Shown in pieces: positions 1-9,847 of a DNA stretch of 32,000 nt (position 1 is its first letter; every line of letters begins with the position of its first letter). The translations under genes and the position numbers were made by a program. The notes under the pieces were generated by a model, which did no database searches, was not told the origin of the DNA, and saw only the letters and a list, made by a program, of their open reading frames with translations. This DNA comes from Bifidobacterium longum subsp. longum JCM 1217 (lineage in GTDB: Bacteria > Actinomycetota > Actinomycetes > Actinomycetales > Bifidobacteriaceae), in NCBI RefSeq assembly GCF_000196555.1, contig NC_015067.1, forward strand, positions 120,001 to 152,000. Reading direction: 5' to 3'.

Positions 1-1199
1 ACATCCACCTCTACTGCGACGTGGAATTCGGCAAGGACGTGACTCTTGACGACCTGTTGGCCCGTTACGACGCCGTGCTGTTCGCCACCGGCGCGGTCAA
101 GGACAAGCCGCTGAACCTGCCCGGTGCCGACCTTGAAGGCGTGTACGGCGCCGCCAAGTTCGTCGAATGGTATGACGGCTACCCCACCGGTGCCCGCGAA
201 TGGCCGCTTACGGCCGAGAACGTCGCCGTAATCGGCGGCGGCAACGTGGCCATGGACGTGGCCCGCGAACTCATGCGCAACGCCGACGACCTCAAGGTCA
301 AGACCGACATTCCGGACAACGTGTACGAGGGCATCGGCCAGAACAAGGCCAAGGTGCTCCACCTGTTCATCCGCCGTGGCGTGGCCCAGGCCAAGTTCAG
401 CGTGCAGGAACTGCGCGAGATGGAGAAGCTGCCCGGCGTGCAGCTCATCATCAACGAGGACGACTTCGATCTGGACGACGAGACCATCGAGGTGGCCGGC
501 AAGGACAAGCTCACCCGCCAGATGGTCGAGGAGCTGTTCGCCATCCGCGAGATGGCCGAAGACATGGAAGACGACGGCGACGTCGACTTCGAAGGCAACC
601 CGGCCGACCGAAAGTACTACGTGCACTTCAACTCCGCCCCCACCGAGATTCTCGGCGAGGACGGCAAGGTCAAGGCCATCCGCGTGGAGCGCACCGAAAC
701 CGGTGCCGACGGCAAGATGCACCGCACCGGCGAGTTCACCGACTACCCGGTTGAGGCCGTCTACCACGCCATCGGTTACAAGCCCGCCGAAGCCCCCGGC
801 ATTGCCTACGACGAGCACGGCGCCCACCTGGCCAACGCCAACGGCGACGGCCGCATCACCACCGAGGCCGACGGCGGCGAAGTGCGCGACCGCCTGTACG
901 CCACCGGTTGGGCCAAGCGCGGCCCGGTGGGCCTGATCGGCTCCACCAAGTCCGATGCGCTCGCCATCGTGACCAACATGCTCGAGGATCTGGCCAAGGC
1001 CGCTGAAGGTGGCCGTGTGGCAGCCGACCGCGACCCCGAATCCATCGACCGACTGCTGGCCGAGCGCGGCATTCGCCCGATCGACTTCGCCGGCTGGAAG
1101 AAGGTCGACGCTTTCGAGCGCGCCGAGGGTGCCAAGGAAGGCCGCGAGCACAAGAAGGTCATCGAGCCCGACCAGATGCGCGAGCTCGCCCACGCCTGA
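1..1199 (+). CDS. FprA-type ferredoxin--NADP(+) reductase / pyridine nucleotide-disulfide oxidoreductase. The 5' end lies outside the window (the frame is open back to the window edge).
   Basis: Translation shows LFATGA..DKPLNLPG, VAVIGGGNVAMDVAREL and YATGWAKRGPVGLIGSTKSD, typical of FprA / glutamate-synthase-small-subunit-like reductases. Stop TGA at 1197-1199. Confidence 0.85.
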   Translation, partial: IHLYCDVEFGKDVTLDDLLARYDAVLFATGAVKDKPLNLPGADLEGVYGAAKFVEWYDGYPTGAREWPLTAENVAVIGGGNVAMDVARELMRNADDLKVKTDIPDNVYEGIGQNKAKVLHLFIRRGVAQAKFSVQELREMEKLPGVQLIINEDDFDLDDETIEVAGKDKLTRQMVEELFAIREMAEDMEDDGDVDFEGNPADRKYYVHFNSAPTEILGEDGKVKAIRVERTETGADGKMHRTGEFTDYPVEAVYHAIGYKPAEAPGIAYDEHGAHLANANGDGRITTEADGGEVRDRLYATGWAKRGPVGLIGSTKSDALAIVTNMLEDLAKAAEGGRVAADRDPESIDRLLAERGIRPIDFAGWKKVDAFERAEGAKEGREHKKVIEPDQMRELAHA

Positions 1200-1215
1200 C
1201 GGCCCGCCCACGCCC

Positions 1216-1252
1216 GTCCGGCATTCGTCCGGCATTCGTCCGGCATTCGTCC
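1216..1252. repeat. Tandem repeat of an 11-bp unit (GTCCGGCATTC), about 3.4 copies
   Basis: Read directly: gtccggcattc gtccggcattc gtccggcattc gtcc, just downstream of the reductase stop. Confidence 0.9.
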
Positions 1253-1253
1253 A

Positions 1254-1284
1254 CCCGGCCGCGCCCCGTGCGGACGCGGCCGGG
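1254..1284 (+). terminator. GC-rich hairpin after the reductase gene (10-bp stem, no clear U-tract)
   Basis: CCCGGCCGCG (1254-1263) pairs with CGCGGCCGGG (1275-1284) across an 11-nt loop. Confidence 0.4.
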
Positions 1285-1373
1285 CTCGGGGCCGGACGGG
1301 CCGGGCGAATATGGGACATTTCTCGCGGCGCATATCCAGCAATCATTCAGCCTGCGATTTTAGTGTGTGCATT

Positions 1374-2312
1374 ATGGATGCCAAAGTACGGGTGCACGGC
1401 CATTTCAACGGCCTGAAGACAACGCTGCTGTTTGCCCTGATGTGGGCCATCATCATGCTGATTTGGTGGGCCACGGGCGGCAGTCGGCAAACCCTGAGCA
1501 TCTATATTGTCATCGGCCTGATTACCACGTTCGGCACCTACTGGTTCTCCGACAAACTCGCCATCGCCTCCATGGGTGCGCGGGAAGTCAGCGAACAGGA
1601 AGCCCCGGAAATCTACCAGATCGTGCGTGAACTGAGCGCCAAGGCCGGCAAGCCGATGCCGCGCATCTACATCGCCCCCACCATGAGCCCGAACGCCTTC
1701 GCCACCGGACGCAACGAACGGCACGCGGCTGTCTGCTGCACCCAAGGCATCCTGCAGATTCTCAACGCCCGTGAACTGCGTGGTGTGCTGGGCCACGAAC
1801 TTATGCACGTGTACAACCACGACATCCTGACTTCCGCCATCGCCTCTGCCATGGCCACTGTCATCTCCTATCTGGGCTATTCGCTGATGTATTTCGGTGG
1901 CGGCTCGCGAGACGACCGCGATAGTTCCGGTGGCCTCGGCCTGATCGGCGCATTGCTGAGCGTGATTCTCGCGCCGATTGCCGCGTCTTTGATCCAGATG
2001 GCCATCTCCCGCACCCGCGAATACGACGCCGATGAAGACGGCAGCTTGCTCACCGGCGATCCCGAGGCCCTGGCTTCCGCGCTGAACAAGATTTCCTACG
2101 GCGCACAGACCGCGCCGATGCGCAAAACCGCCGGCACCCAGTCCGTCTCCGCAATGATGATCGCCAACCCGTTCTCCGCGGTCGGTTTCTCGCGCTTGTT
2201 CTCCACGCACCCGCCGACCGATGAGCGCATAGCGCGTCTCATGCAGATGGCCAACGAAATGAACGGCACGCCGATCGCTCCGCCCACCTACTCCACGCGC
2301 GTCGGCAGGTGA
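1374..2312 (+). CDS. htpX: HtpX-family M48 zinc metalloprotease (membrane heat-shock protease)
   Basis: HELMH zinc motif (GHELMHVYNHD), N-terminal TM helices and a C-terminal STHPPTDERI motif. The ORF opens at 1311, but the ATG at 1374 (MDAKVRVHGHFNGLKT) fits HtpX N-termini better. Confidence 0.9.
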   Translation: MDAKVRVHGHFNGLKTTLLFALMWAIIMLIWWATGGSRQTLSIYIVIGLITTFGTYWFSDKLAIASMGAREVSEQEAPEIYQIVRELSAKAGKPMPRIYIAPTMSPNAFATGRNERHAAVCCTQGILQILNARELRGVLGHELMHVYNHDILTSAIASAMATVISYLGYSLMYFGGGSRDDRDSSGGLGLIGALLSVILAPIAASLIQMAISRTREYDADEDGSLLTGDPEALASALNKISYGAQTAPMRKTAGTQSVSAMMIANPFSAVGFSRLFSTHPPTDERIARLMQMANEMNGTPIAPPTYSTRVGR

Positions 2313-2386
2313 CGTGCTAGGATAACTATTCGTGCCTCGTTTGGCTGAGCATGCTCGTCACGTGAGGTGCAGCAGCCGTAAGGCAT

Positions 2387-2460
2387 GCGGACATAGTTCA
2401 TCGGTAGAATGAAAGCTTCCCAAGCTTTAGAGGCGGGTTCGACTCCCGTTGTCCGCTCCA
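2387..2460 (+). tRNA. tRNA-Gly (anticodon CCC), CCA encoded
   Basis: Manual cloverleaf: acceptor GCGGACA/TGTCCGC, D-stem GTTC/GAAT, anticodon stem AAAGC/GCTTT with loop TTCCCAA, T-arm GCGGG-TTCGACT-CCCGT, discriminator T, CCA. 74 nt. Confidence 0.9.
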
Positions 2461-2522
2461 TTGATTTTCAATGATTTTCATTATTTCCGGGAAAGTGTCG
2501 CGCACGATCGCAAAACTACGCG

Positions 2523-3590
2523 CTATTTGAGCGCTTTGCCCGCGGAACCCAGCTGCCGGCAAGCCTCGACCACGCGGGCGGACATGGAATCCTCAGCCTT
2601 ACGGCCCCAAGAACGCGGATCGTAGAACTTCTTCTCGCCCACTTCGCCGTCGATCTTCAGCACCTTGTCGTAGTTCTCGAACACGTGGTCGGCGATTGGA
2701 CGGGTGAAGGCGTACTGGGTATCGGTGTCGATGTTCATCTTGATCACGCCGTAGCTTACAGCTTCGGCGATTTCTTCCGGGCGTGAACCGGAGCCGCCGT
2801 GGAACACCAGCTCAAACGGCTTGCCGTTGGGGAAATCGACTATGCCGGCCGCGCTAGGCAACTCGCCTTCGGCCACCGCGCGCGCCACACGCGCCTGAAT
2901 GTCGCCGAGTAGCGACGGACGCAGCTTGACCACGCCGGGCTTGTAGGCGCCATGCACATTGCCGAATGTGAAAGCGGCCATGTACCGGCCACGTTCGCCC
3001 AAACCCAGTCGGCGGGCGACTTCGAGGCCATCTTCCGGAGTGGAATACAGCTTTTCATTGATTTCGGCGGAGTGACCGTCTTCCTCACCGCCGACCGCGC
3101 CGATTTCGATTTCGAGCACGGTGTGCGCCTTCTGCGACTTGTCGAGCAGTTCCTCGGCGATGTCCAGATTTTCCTTGAGCGGCACGGTGGAGCCATCCCA
3201 CATATGCGACTGGAATGTAGGCTCCTGGCCTCGTGCCACCTGATCGGCCTCATGCGCGAGCAGAGGACGCGCCCACTCATCCAGATACTGCTTGGCGCAG
3301 TGATCGGTGTGCAGAGCGATGGTGATGTTCGGGTATTTCGCAGCCACTTCATGTGTGAAAGCCGCCAGCGCCAGCGAGCCGGTAACGCGATCATTGACCC
3401 CCCTGCCGGAGACGTAGGCCGCGCCTCCCACGGAAATCTGGATGATGCCGTCGGACTCGGCGTCTGCGAAGCCCTTCAACGCAGCATTCAGTGTCTGTGA
3501 GCTGGTTACGTTGATGGCTGGATAGGCGTAACCGCCTCGGCGGGCGGCCTCGAGCATTTCGGCATAGCGTTCCGGTGTTGCGATCGTCAT
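2523..3590 (-). CDS. fba: Class II fructose-1,6-bisphosphate aldolase
   Basis: 355 aa starting MTIATPERYAEMLEAARRGGYAYPAINVTSSQTLNAAL, with HTDHC and FHGGSGS motifs typical of class II Fba. Confidence 0.95.
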   Translation of the reverse strand: MTIATPERYAEMLEAARRGGYAYPAINVTSSQTLNAALKGFADAESDGIIQISVGGAAYVSGRGVNDRVTGSLALAAFTHEVAAKYPNITIALHTDHCAKQYLDEWARPLLAHEADQVARGQEPTFQSHMWDGSTVPLKENLDIAEELLDKSQKAHTVLEIEIGAVGGEEDGHSAEINEKLYSTPEDGLEVARRLGLGERGRYMAAFTFGNVHGAYKPGVVKLRPSLLGDIQARVARAVAEGELPSAAGIVDFPNGKPFELVFHGGSGSRPEEIAEAVSYGVIKMNIDTDTQYAFTRPIADHVFENYDKVLKIDGEVGEKKFYDPRSWGRKAEDSMSARVVEACRQLGSAGKALK

Positions 3591-3766
3591 GGCTTCATTA
3601 TCGCGCGAGGCATGCCCTCTAGGCCCCGTTCTTCAACCTGTGCGCTGTGCGATTGGTCACAGCATCGCCTCGTACGAGTAGAAATTCGTCACCCATTCCG
3701 GGTTGTCGCGCCTCCAGCCTCGCCCTGCGTGAGACGAAACTTCGCAGGGTAGAGGGTGTAAGGTAG

Positions 3767-5092
<1,326 letters not shown>

Positions 5093-5115
5093 CCGTCTGC
5101 AACGAATTTCCCGGC

Positions 5116-6699
5116 TTGACTGGTAACGACGCGGCACATGATATCCGCCGGCTGATTCCGCGATTCGACCACTTGAAGTGGAAGATGGCGGCGGCCGGCA
5201 TAGTCATTGGTCTGGTTTCAGGATTGCTGGTTGTCGTATACCGTCTCGGCATCGAATACGGCACGGATGCGTCCCGTTGGATATATGCGCGGATTCGCGA
5301 GACCCCGTGGCTGATTGCGCCGTGGGCGGTTGCCGCGGTGGCGGCCGCGCTGGCGATCGCGTGGATGGTCGGCAAGGAGCCGATGGCTGGTGGCAGCGGC
5401 ATCCCGCAGACCAACGGCGTGGTGATATGCGGCTTGAAGATGCGTTGGCAGACGATTCTGCCAGTCCGTTTCGTCGGTGGACTGTTGGGCGCGTTGTTTG
5501 GTCTGTCGCTCGGCCGTGAGGGGCCGTCCATTCAGATTGGTGCGTCGGGCGCGCAGTGTGTGTCCCACCGTTTGCGCGGCCGCCGCCGTGAGGACATGCA
5601 GGAGCATTATCTGGTCACCGCCGGTGCCGCGGCCGGCTTGTCCGCCGCGTTCAGCGCGCCGCTGTCCGGCATGATGTTCGCTTTGGAAGGGGTGCATCGG
5701 AGTTTTTCCCCTGCGATTCTGATGGGCGCCACCGCCGCATCGCTGACCGCCGATTTCGTCTCAAAATACTGTTTCGGTCTGCGTCCGGTTTTGGATTTCG
5801 GTGATATCGGTCAGCTGTCGTTGGAAGAGTATGTGTGGCTGATTCCGTTGGGATTGGTGGCCGGTTTGGTTGGTTCGCTGATGAACCGCTCGTTGCTTGG
5901 CTTCCAGACGCTGTACGGCAAACTGCCGGCATGGAGCCGCCCGATGATTGCGATTGCGATCGCGTTGCCTGTCGGCATCTGGTTGCCCGATGTGCTCGGC
6001 GGCGGCTCGAATCTGATTGATACCGCCGAACATGCGCGCGTCGGCTTGGGAATGCTGTGTCTGCTGTTCGTGGCGAAGATGCTGTTCACATCCACGAGTT
6101 TCGGCTCAGGCGCGCCTGGCGGTATTTTCATGCCGATTCTTGCGGTCGGTTCGTTGGCCGGCGGCATCTGCGGTGAAGTGTTGCATCGATTCGGTGATCT
6201 GCCATCCGACGCAGTGGCGGTGTTTGCGGTGTGCGTGATGACGGGCACGCTCGCCGCGTCCGTGAAAACGCCGATCACGTCGATTCTGTTGGCTGTGGAG
6301 ATGTCTGGAACGTTGACGCACATGCTGCCGGTCGCGGCCGTCGCTTTCGTCGCGCTGTTGGTGTCCGATTTGCTGCGCACCAAACCGATTTATGGGGAGT
6401 TGCTGGAGCGGTACGTGCGCGCGCAAGGCATGCAGATGGCGATCGCAAGCCATGTGGGCAGCGGCATTATGGAACTGCCATTGGAAATGGGAGCGATTGC
6501 GGACGGCAAGCGGGTGCGTGACGTGCGTTGGCCGTCTGGGTGCCTGATCATCGGCCTGCGTCGCGGCGAAAGCGAGATCGTGCCGCGCGGCGATACACGG
6601 CTGCGTGCCGGCGACTATCTGGTGGTGCTGTTCAGTGGCGAGGAGGAGCGCGAGGTGCGACCTGCGATGCGGCGGCTGTGTGATGCCCGGCTTGACTGA
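5116..6699 (+). CDS. ClC-family chloride channel / Cl-/H+ antiporter with a C-terminal TrkA-C (RCK_C) domain
   Basis: Canonical ClC selectivity motifs GSGIP, GREGP and GGIFMP, with a C-terminal RCK_C-like segment (GKRVRDVRWPSGCLIIGLRRGESEIVPRGDTRLRAGDYLVV). The tracked ORF start at 4666 overlaps purA out of frame. The real start is TTG 5116 or ATG 5185, which I cannot resolve. Confidence 0.85.
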   Translation: MTGNDAAHDIRRLIPRFDHLKWKMAAAGIVIGLVSGLLVVVYRLGIEYGTDASRWIYARIRETPWLIAPWAVAAVAAALAIAWMVGKEPMAGGSGIPQTNGVVICGLKMRWQTILPVRFVGGLLGALFGLSLGREGPSIQIGASGAQCVSHRLRGRRREDMQEHYLVTAGAAAGLSAAFSAPLSGMMFALEGVHRSFSPAILMGATAASLTADFVSKYCFGLRPVLDFGDIGQLSLEEYVWLIPLGLVAGLVGSLMNRSLLGFQTLYGKLPAWSRPMIAIAIALPVGIWLPDVLGGGSNLIDTAEHARVGLGMLCLLFVAKMLFTSTSFGSGAPGGIFMPILAVGSLAGGICGEVLHRFGDLPSDAVAVFAVCVMTGTLAASVKTPITSILLAVEMSGTLTHMLPVAAVAFVALLVSDLLRTKPIYGELLERYVRAQGMQMAIASHVGSGIMELPLEMGAIADGKRVRDVRWPSGCLIIGLRRGESEIVPRGDTRLRAGDYLVVLFSGEEEREVRPAMRRLCDARLD

Positions 6700-6726
6700 G
6701 CCTGGCTGAATTCGGCTGGACTCTGG

Positions 6727-6752
6727 ATGTACGAATCTGCGGAATCGGACAT
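6727..6752. repeat. Palindromic repeat family A, copy 1 (imperfect)
   Basis: atgtACGAATC-tgcg-GAATCGGACat, in the ClC/crcB1 intergenic region. Related to the copies at 7516, 9848, 9899 and 9950. Confidence 0.7.
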
Positions 6753-6885
6753 CCAGGGTGCATACGTTGGCGCTCCGTGTAAACTCATATGCGTTAGGAA
6801 GGCGGCAACCGCGGCCCAGCTCGTTGTTGCACGGCCTATGGGCGGAACAACGCTGTCCGCGGAAGGCCAGTACAGGGGGAGCGCA

Positions 6886-7980
6886 ATGGAATCGCAAGAA
6901 CAATCGCCGGGAGACGTGGTGACTGCGGGTGAGGACTCACATCCCATCACGCAGGCAATCGACACTGTTGAGGTGATGCATGCTGGTGCAACCGCGCCCG
7001 CCGCTAACACCATGGATCCGCCTACGATTCCCCTGGCGCCGATGAAACGTATGCAGGCGCGGTTCAATCCGCTCGCCGACGGACTGATGTATGTTGTGGT
7101 GTTCGTCGGTGGATTTGTTGGAGTCGGCTGTCGGCATGCGTTGGATATGCTCCTGCCGTCGGTCAGCGGGACGCCATTCGTTGTGGGCACGTTTGTGTCG
7201 AATATGGTCGCCTGCTTCCTGTTCGCGATGCTGAACGAATTCATGGCGACCGCTTCGTGGCTGCGTCGCCGGGTGCGGCAGGTTGTCAGCCGTGGCGTTG
7301 GGCTCGGCTTGCTCGGCGGGCTTTCGACGATGTCCGGCGTGATGCTGGAAACGATGGAAGGTCTGCACGAGCGGCATATCGCCAGTGCGCTTGGCTATCT
7401 TGCGGGAAATTTTGCAGGCGGTTTGCTCACTGCCGCCGCCGGCGTGGTTCTGATGCAGGCACTGCTGTCACGGAGTACTCGAAAGCGGGTTCGGGGTGCG
7501 TTTTCAGCTGTTTCCGTGTCCGATTCCGCCGAATCGGACACGCAGGGCGTACGCCATGTGAAAGTGGCCGACGTGGCGCGTTCTGCCGCGCAGGCCGCAA
7601 TGGAAGCCGCGCAGGCGGCGCAGCAGGCCGCGCAGACGGCCCAGCAGATTGCACAGACGGGACAGGTTCCGCGAGTCGAAACGCCAACCGTGCCGCCGAC
7701 TGCCATCCAGCCTATGCAGACAGGCCACGTTCCGCAGATTCCTCCGCTGGTCGTTCCTCAGCTGACACAGTCATCGCAGCCGTTGTTGCGCGAGCCGGAT
7801 ACTTCAGACTTGGGGCAGCTGCCCGAGCCGATTCAGCAGTCGCAACCAATCCAGCAGCCCCAGCAGCAGTCGCAGCCAATCCAGCAGCCGGCCAACCCGC
7901 TTCCACCCAGCTTCGAGCCCAAACCGATCACTGCGGAGATTTCGCTTGTCGCCGACCCGACTACCGGGGAGGTGCGCTGA
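6886..7980 (+). CDS. crcB: CrcB/Fluc fluoride channel subunit 1 with atypical N-terminal and long Gln/Pro-rich C-terminal extensions
   Basis: CrcB core (LMYVVVFVGGFVGVGCRHAL ... GLLGGLSTMSGVMLE ... AGNFAGGLLTAAAG). The ATG at 6886 has GGGGGAG about 6 nt upstream; alternative starts are 7042 or the ORF start at 6727. The tail after residue ~215 keeps high GC3 in this frame. Its TGA overlaps the crcB2 ATG. Confidence 0.75.
   Translation: MESQEQSPGDVVTAGEDSHPITQAIDTVEVMHAGATAPAANTMDPPTIPLAPMKRMQARFNPLADGLMYVVVFVGGFVGVGCRHALDMLLPSVSGTPFVVGTFVSNMVACFLFAMLNEFMATASWLRRRVRQVVSRGVGLGLLGGLSTMSGVMLETMEGLHERHIASALGYLAGNFAGGLLTAAAGVVLMQALLSRSTRKRVRGAFSAVSVSDSAESDTQGVRHVKVADVARSAAQAAMEAAQAAQQAAQTAQQIAQTGQVPRVETPTVPPTAIQPMQTGHVPQIPPLVVPQLTQSSQPLLREPDTSDLGQLPEPIQQSQPIQQPQQQSQPIQQPANPLPPSFEPKPITAEISLVADPTTGEVR
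7516..7541. repeat. Palindromic repeat family A, copy 2 (perfect 11-bp arms), inside the crcB1 reading frame
   Basis: GTGTCCGATTC-cgcc-GAATCGGACAC. It translates in frame as VSDSAESDT, immediately after the CrcB core domain. Confidence 0.85.
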
Positions 7981-8375
7981 TGATGTGGATGATCTGTCTG
8001 TTCGGCGGTCTGGGAGCCATGGCCCGTTACGTGCTCGACGTGTCAATTCAACGAGGCTGGAACCGCGAGAATCGAAGAACGAACCGCAACTTCCCGCTAT
8101 CCACGCTCGTCATCAACGGCGTCGCCTCGCTATGCGCGGGCATCGCCATGATGTCCTACTATTCGCAATCGGTGGATATGGACACGGTCATGATGTTCGT
8201 TGTCGGATTTCTCGGTGGTTTCTCAACATTCTCCACGGCGCTCAACGAAGTGGTTTCATTGATTCGCCAGCGTCGTTTTACGCTGGCTCTGGGCTATGGA
8301 ATAGCAACCGTCGCGGTGCCTCTCATTTGCGTGGCCGCCGGTTTCGGCATTGCGCTGCTTGCCAATCCGGCGTAA
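7980..8375 (+). CDS. crcB: CrcB/Fluc fluoride channel subunit 2
   Basis: 131 aa (MMWMICLFGGLGAMARYVL ... VVGFLGGFSTFSTALNE) of typical CrcB size with typical motifs. The ATG at 7980 overlaps the crcB1 stop (TGATG). Confidence 0.9.
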   Translation: MMWMICLFGGLGAMARYVLDVSIQRGWNRENRRTNRNFPLSTLVINGVASLCAGIAMMSYYSQSVDMDTVMMFVVGFLGGFSTFSTALNEVVSLIRQRRFTLALGYGIATVAVPLICVAAGFGIALLANPA

Positions 8376-8376
8376 T

Positions 8377-8413
8377 TTTCACGTTACACGGACGGTCGCT
8401 GAGTAACGTGAAA
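8377..8413 (+). terminator. Perfect 11-bp hairpin 2 nt after the crcB2 stop
   Basis: TTTCACGTTAC (8377-8387) pairs with GTAACGTGAAA (8403-8413) across a 15-nt loop. There is no real U-tract downstream. Confidence 0.4.
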
Positions 8414-8577
8414 GAAATCTGAGCGCCACCGCCATCAAGGCCGCCAGTCCGGATGCAACGCTGGTGATTGCATTCGACCAGACCAAGCCGCTGCTGAAGG
8501 CCTTCGCCTCCGCAGGAGTCGACACTAAGAAGCTGTATTTCGTTGCCGGACTGTCGAACAGGTTCGAGAGAATGTAA
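8407..8577 (+). pseudogene. Possible remnant of a periplasmic-binding-protein-fold gene (no start codon)
   Basis: An open frame gives SATAIKAASPDATLVIAFDQTKPLLKAFASAGVDTKKLYFVAGLSNRFERM* with coding-like GC3 (my count is about three quarters G/C). There is no ATG/GTG start, and it sits in an otherwise non-coding gap. Confidence 0.25.
8554..8567. promoter_or_regulatory. ScrR-type operator-like palindrome upstream of the ScrR paralog
   Basis: TCGAACAGGTTCGA differs at one central base from the CGAACCGGTTCG core found upstream of scrP. It lies about 85 bp upstream of the ATG at 8650. Confidence 0.45.
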
Positions 8578-8649
8578 ATGAATGTAATATTTCGTGGTAA
8601 GCACGTGAGCATACAACGATAGAACAGTGATAACGGGGAAGGTGCGATC

Positions 8650-9735
8650 ATGGTCGGCATGCGCGATGTGGCGAAGAAGGCCGGGGTGTCTCTGAGCACC
8701 GTCTCGCTGGTGGTGAACGGCAACGGGTACGTGTCTGATGACATGCGCGAACGTGTGCGCAAAGCCATGCAAGCCCTCAATTATGTGCCGAACGAGCTTG
8801 CCCGCAATCTGTATCATGATTGCACGAATCTGGTCGGCGTCATCGTGCCTACCATCCGCCACCCGTTCTTTGCGACGTTTACCGCACATCTGCAGCATGC
8901 ACTCGCCGCGCAAGGATTACGCACTATGCTGTGCTCTACCGCAGATGAGGCGGATGGCGAAATCCAGTATGTCGACATGTTGCGTCGGCACATGATGGAC
9001 GGCATCGTCATGTGTGCGCACACTTCGCATCCCGGCGATTATTGGACGTCGATTCATCGCCCGATCGTCGCGTTCGACCGTGTGCTTGGAGACGGTATTT
9101 CGTCAATCGGATCCGACCACGAGCAGGGTGGGCGATTGATTGCGCAGATGCTGATCCGCAATGGTGCCAAACATGTGGTGATGATTGGCGGTCCGCGAGA
9201 TCAATTCTTCGATTTGGCTGCGCGCGGAGAAGTCGAGGAAGGACCGTTCGATTTGGGAAAGACCACGTTCCCGACGGTGCGCTACTACCTCACGTTGGAA
9301 CAGGAATTGACCTCCGCAGGCGTGAAATACGAGTATGTTGAAGCTGGCGAAGTGATGGATTTTGCCGGCTATCATCGTGCGGTCAGCAATGCGCTCGACA
9401 AGGTGACGACCGACGGCGTCGATGCCGTGGTCAGTTCCGATATTGGTGCATCGTTCTGCGTGCGCGAAGCGTTGGGCCGTGGAATTTCCATTCCTGACGA
9501 GCTGCAGATCGTTGCCTACGATGGTACGTATTTGACTGATTTGGCCGGCATGAAGCTGACCGCGGTCGCGCAGGATTTCTCGGCGATCGCACAGTCGGCG
9601 GCCGACCATATCGTGCAGGCGATTGCCAATGAGGAAGTGGCCGCGGCTAACGCTTCACGCAAGAACATCCCCAAGCCGTTCGAGCCGAACGTGCTTATTC
9701 CCATGACACTGGTGCCAGGCGATACCACGCGTTGA
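8650..9735 (+). CDS. LacI-family transcriptional regulator, close paralog of ScrR (21146-22189)
   Basis: N-terminal HTH MVGMRDVAKKAGVSLSTVSLVVNGNGYVS is almost identical to that of the regulator at 21146. Similarity continues through the sugar-binding core (HMMDGI, DYWTSIHRPIVAFDR, SDHEQGGRLIA). Confidence 0.92.
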   Translation: MVGMRDVAKKAGVSLSTVSLVVNGNGYVSDDMRERVRKAMQALNYVPNELARNLYHDCTNLVGVIVPTIRHPFFATFTAHLQHALAAQGLRTMLCSTADEADGEIQYVDMLRRHMMDGIVMCAHTSHPGDYWTSIHRPIVAFDRVLGDGISSIGSDHEQGGRLIAQMLIRNGAKHVVMIGGPRDQFFDLAARGEVEEGPFDLGKTTFPTVRYYLTLEQELTSAGVKYEYVEAGEVMDFAGYHRAVSNALDKVTTDGVDAVVSSDIGASFCVREALGRGISIPDELQIVAYDGTYLTDLAGMKLTAVAQDFSAIAQSAADHIVQAIANEEVAAANASRKNIPKPFEPNVLIPMTLVPGDTTR

Positions 9736-9847
9736 TACTGTGCGTCTTCATGCGTGTGCCCGGTGTGGATCGCATCGATTTCAGCGGCGTCCACAACCGG
9801 CGAACGCCCGTCGATAGTCGTGCTCATCATCCGACTTGTGCACATGT

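Noticed and set aside
2462-2480. Direct repeat TGATTTTCA x2 immediately 3' of tRNA-Gly as an integrase attachment-site scar
   Set aside because: No integrase, phage or island genes flank the tRNA. The repeat does not overlap the tRNA 3' end, and 9 bp is too short to be meaningful alone.
5116-6699. ClC gene next to crcB as a CLC-F fluoride/proton antiporter
   Set aside because: The selectivity motifs are the canonical chloride-type GSGIP / GREGP / GxFxP, not the variant motifs I associate with the CLC-F clade. Adjacency to crcB alone is not sufficient.
6700-6885. Possible fluoride (crcB-motif) riboswitch upstream of crcB1, or upstream of the ClC gene (5093-5184)
   Set aside because: I could not find the conserved GGCGAUG...AACCGCC...GCUGAUGA-type core. 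There are only fragmentary resemblances (ggcggcaaccgcgg, ggctgattcc). A covariance-model scan (Rfam RF01734) would be the decisive test.
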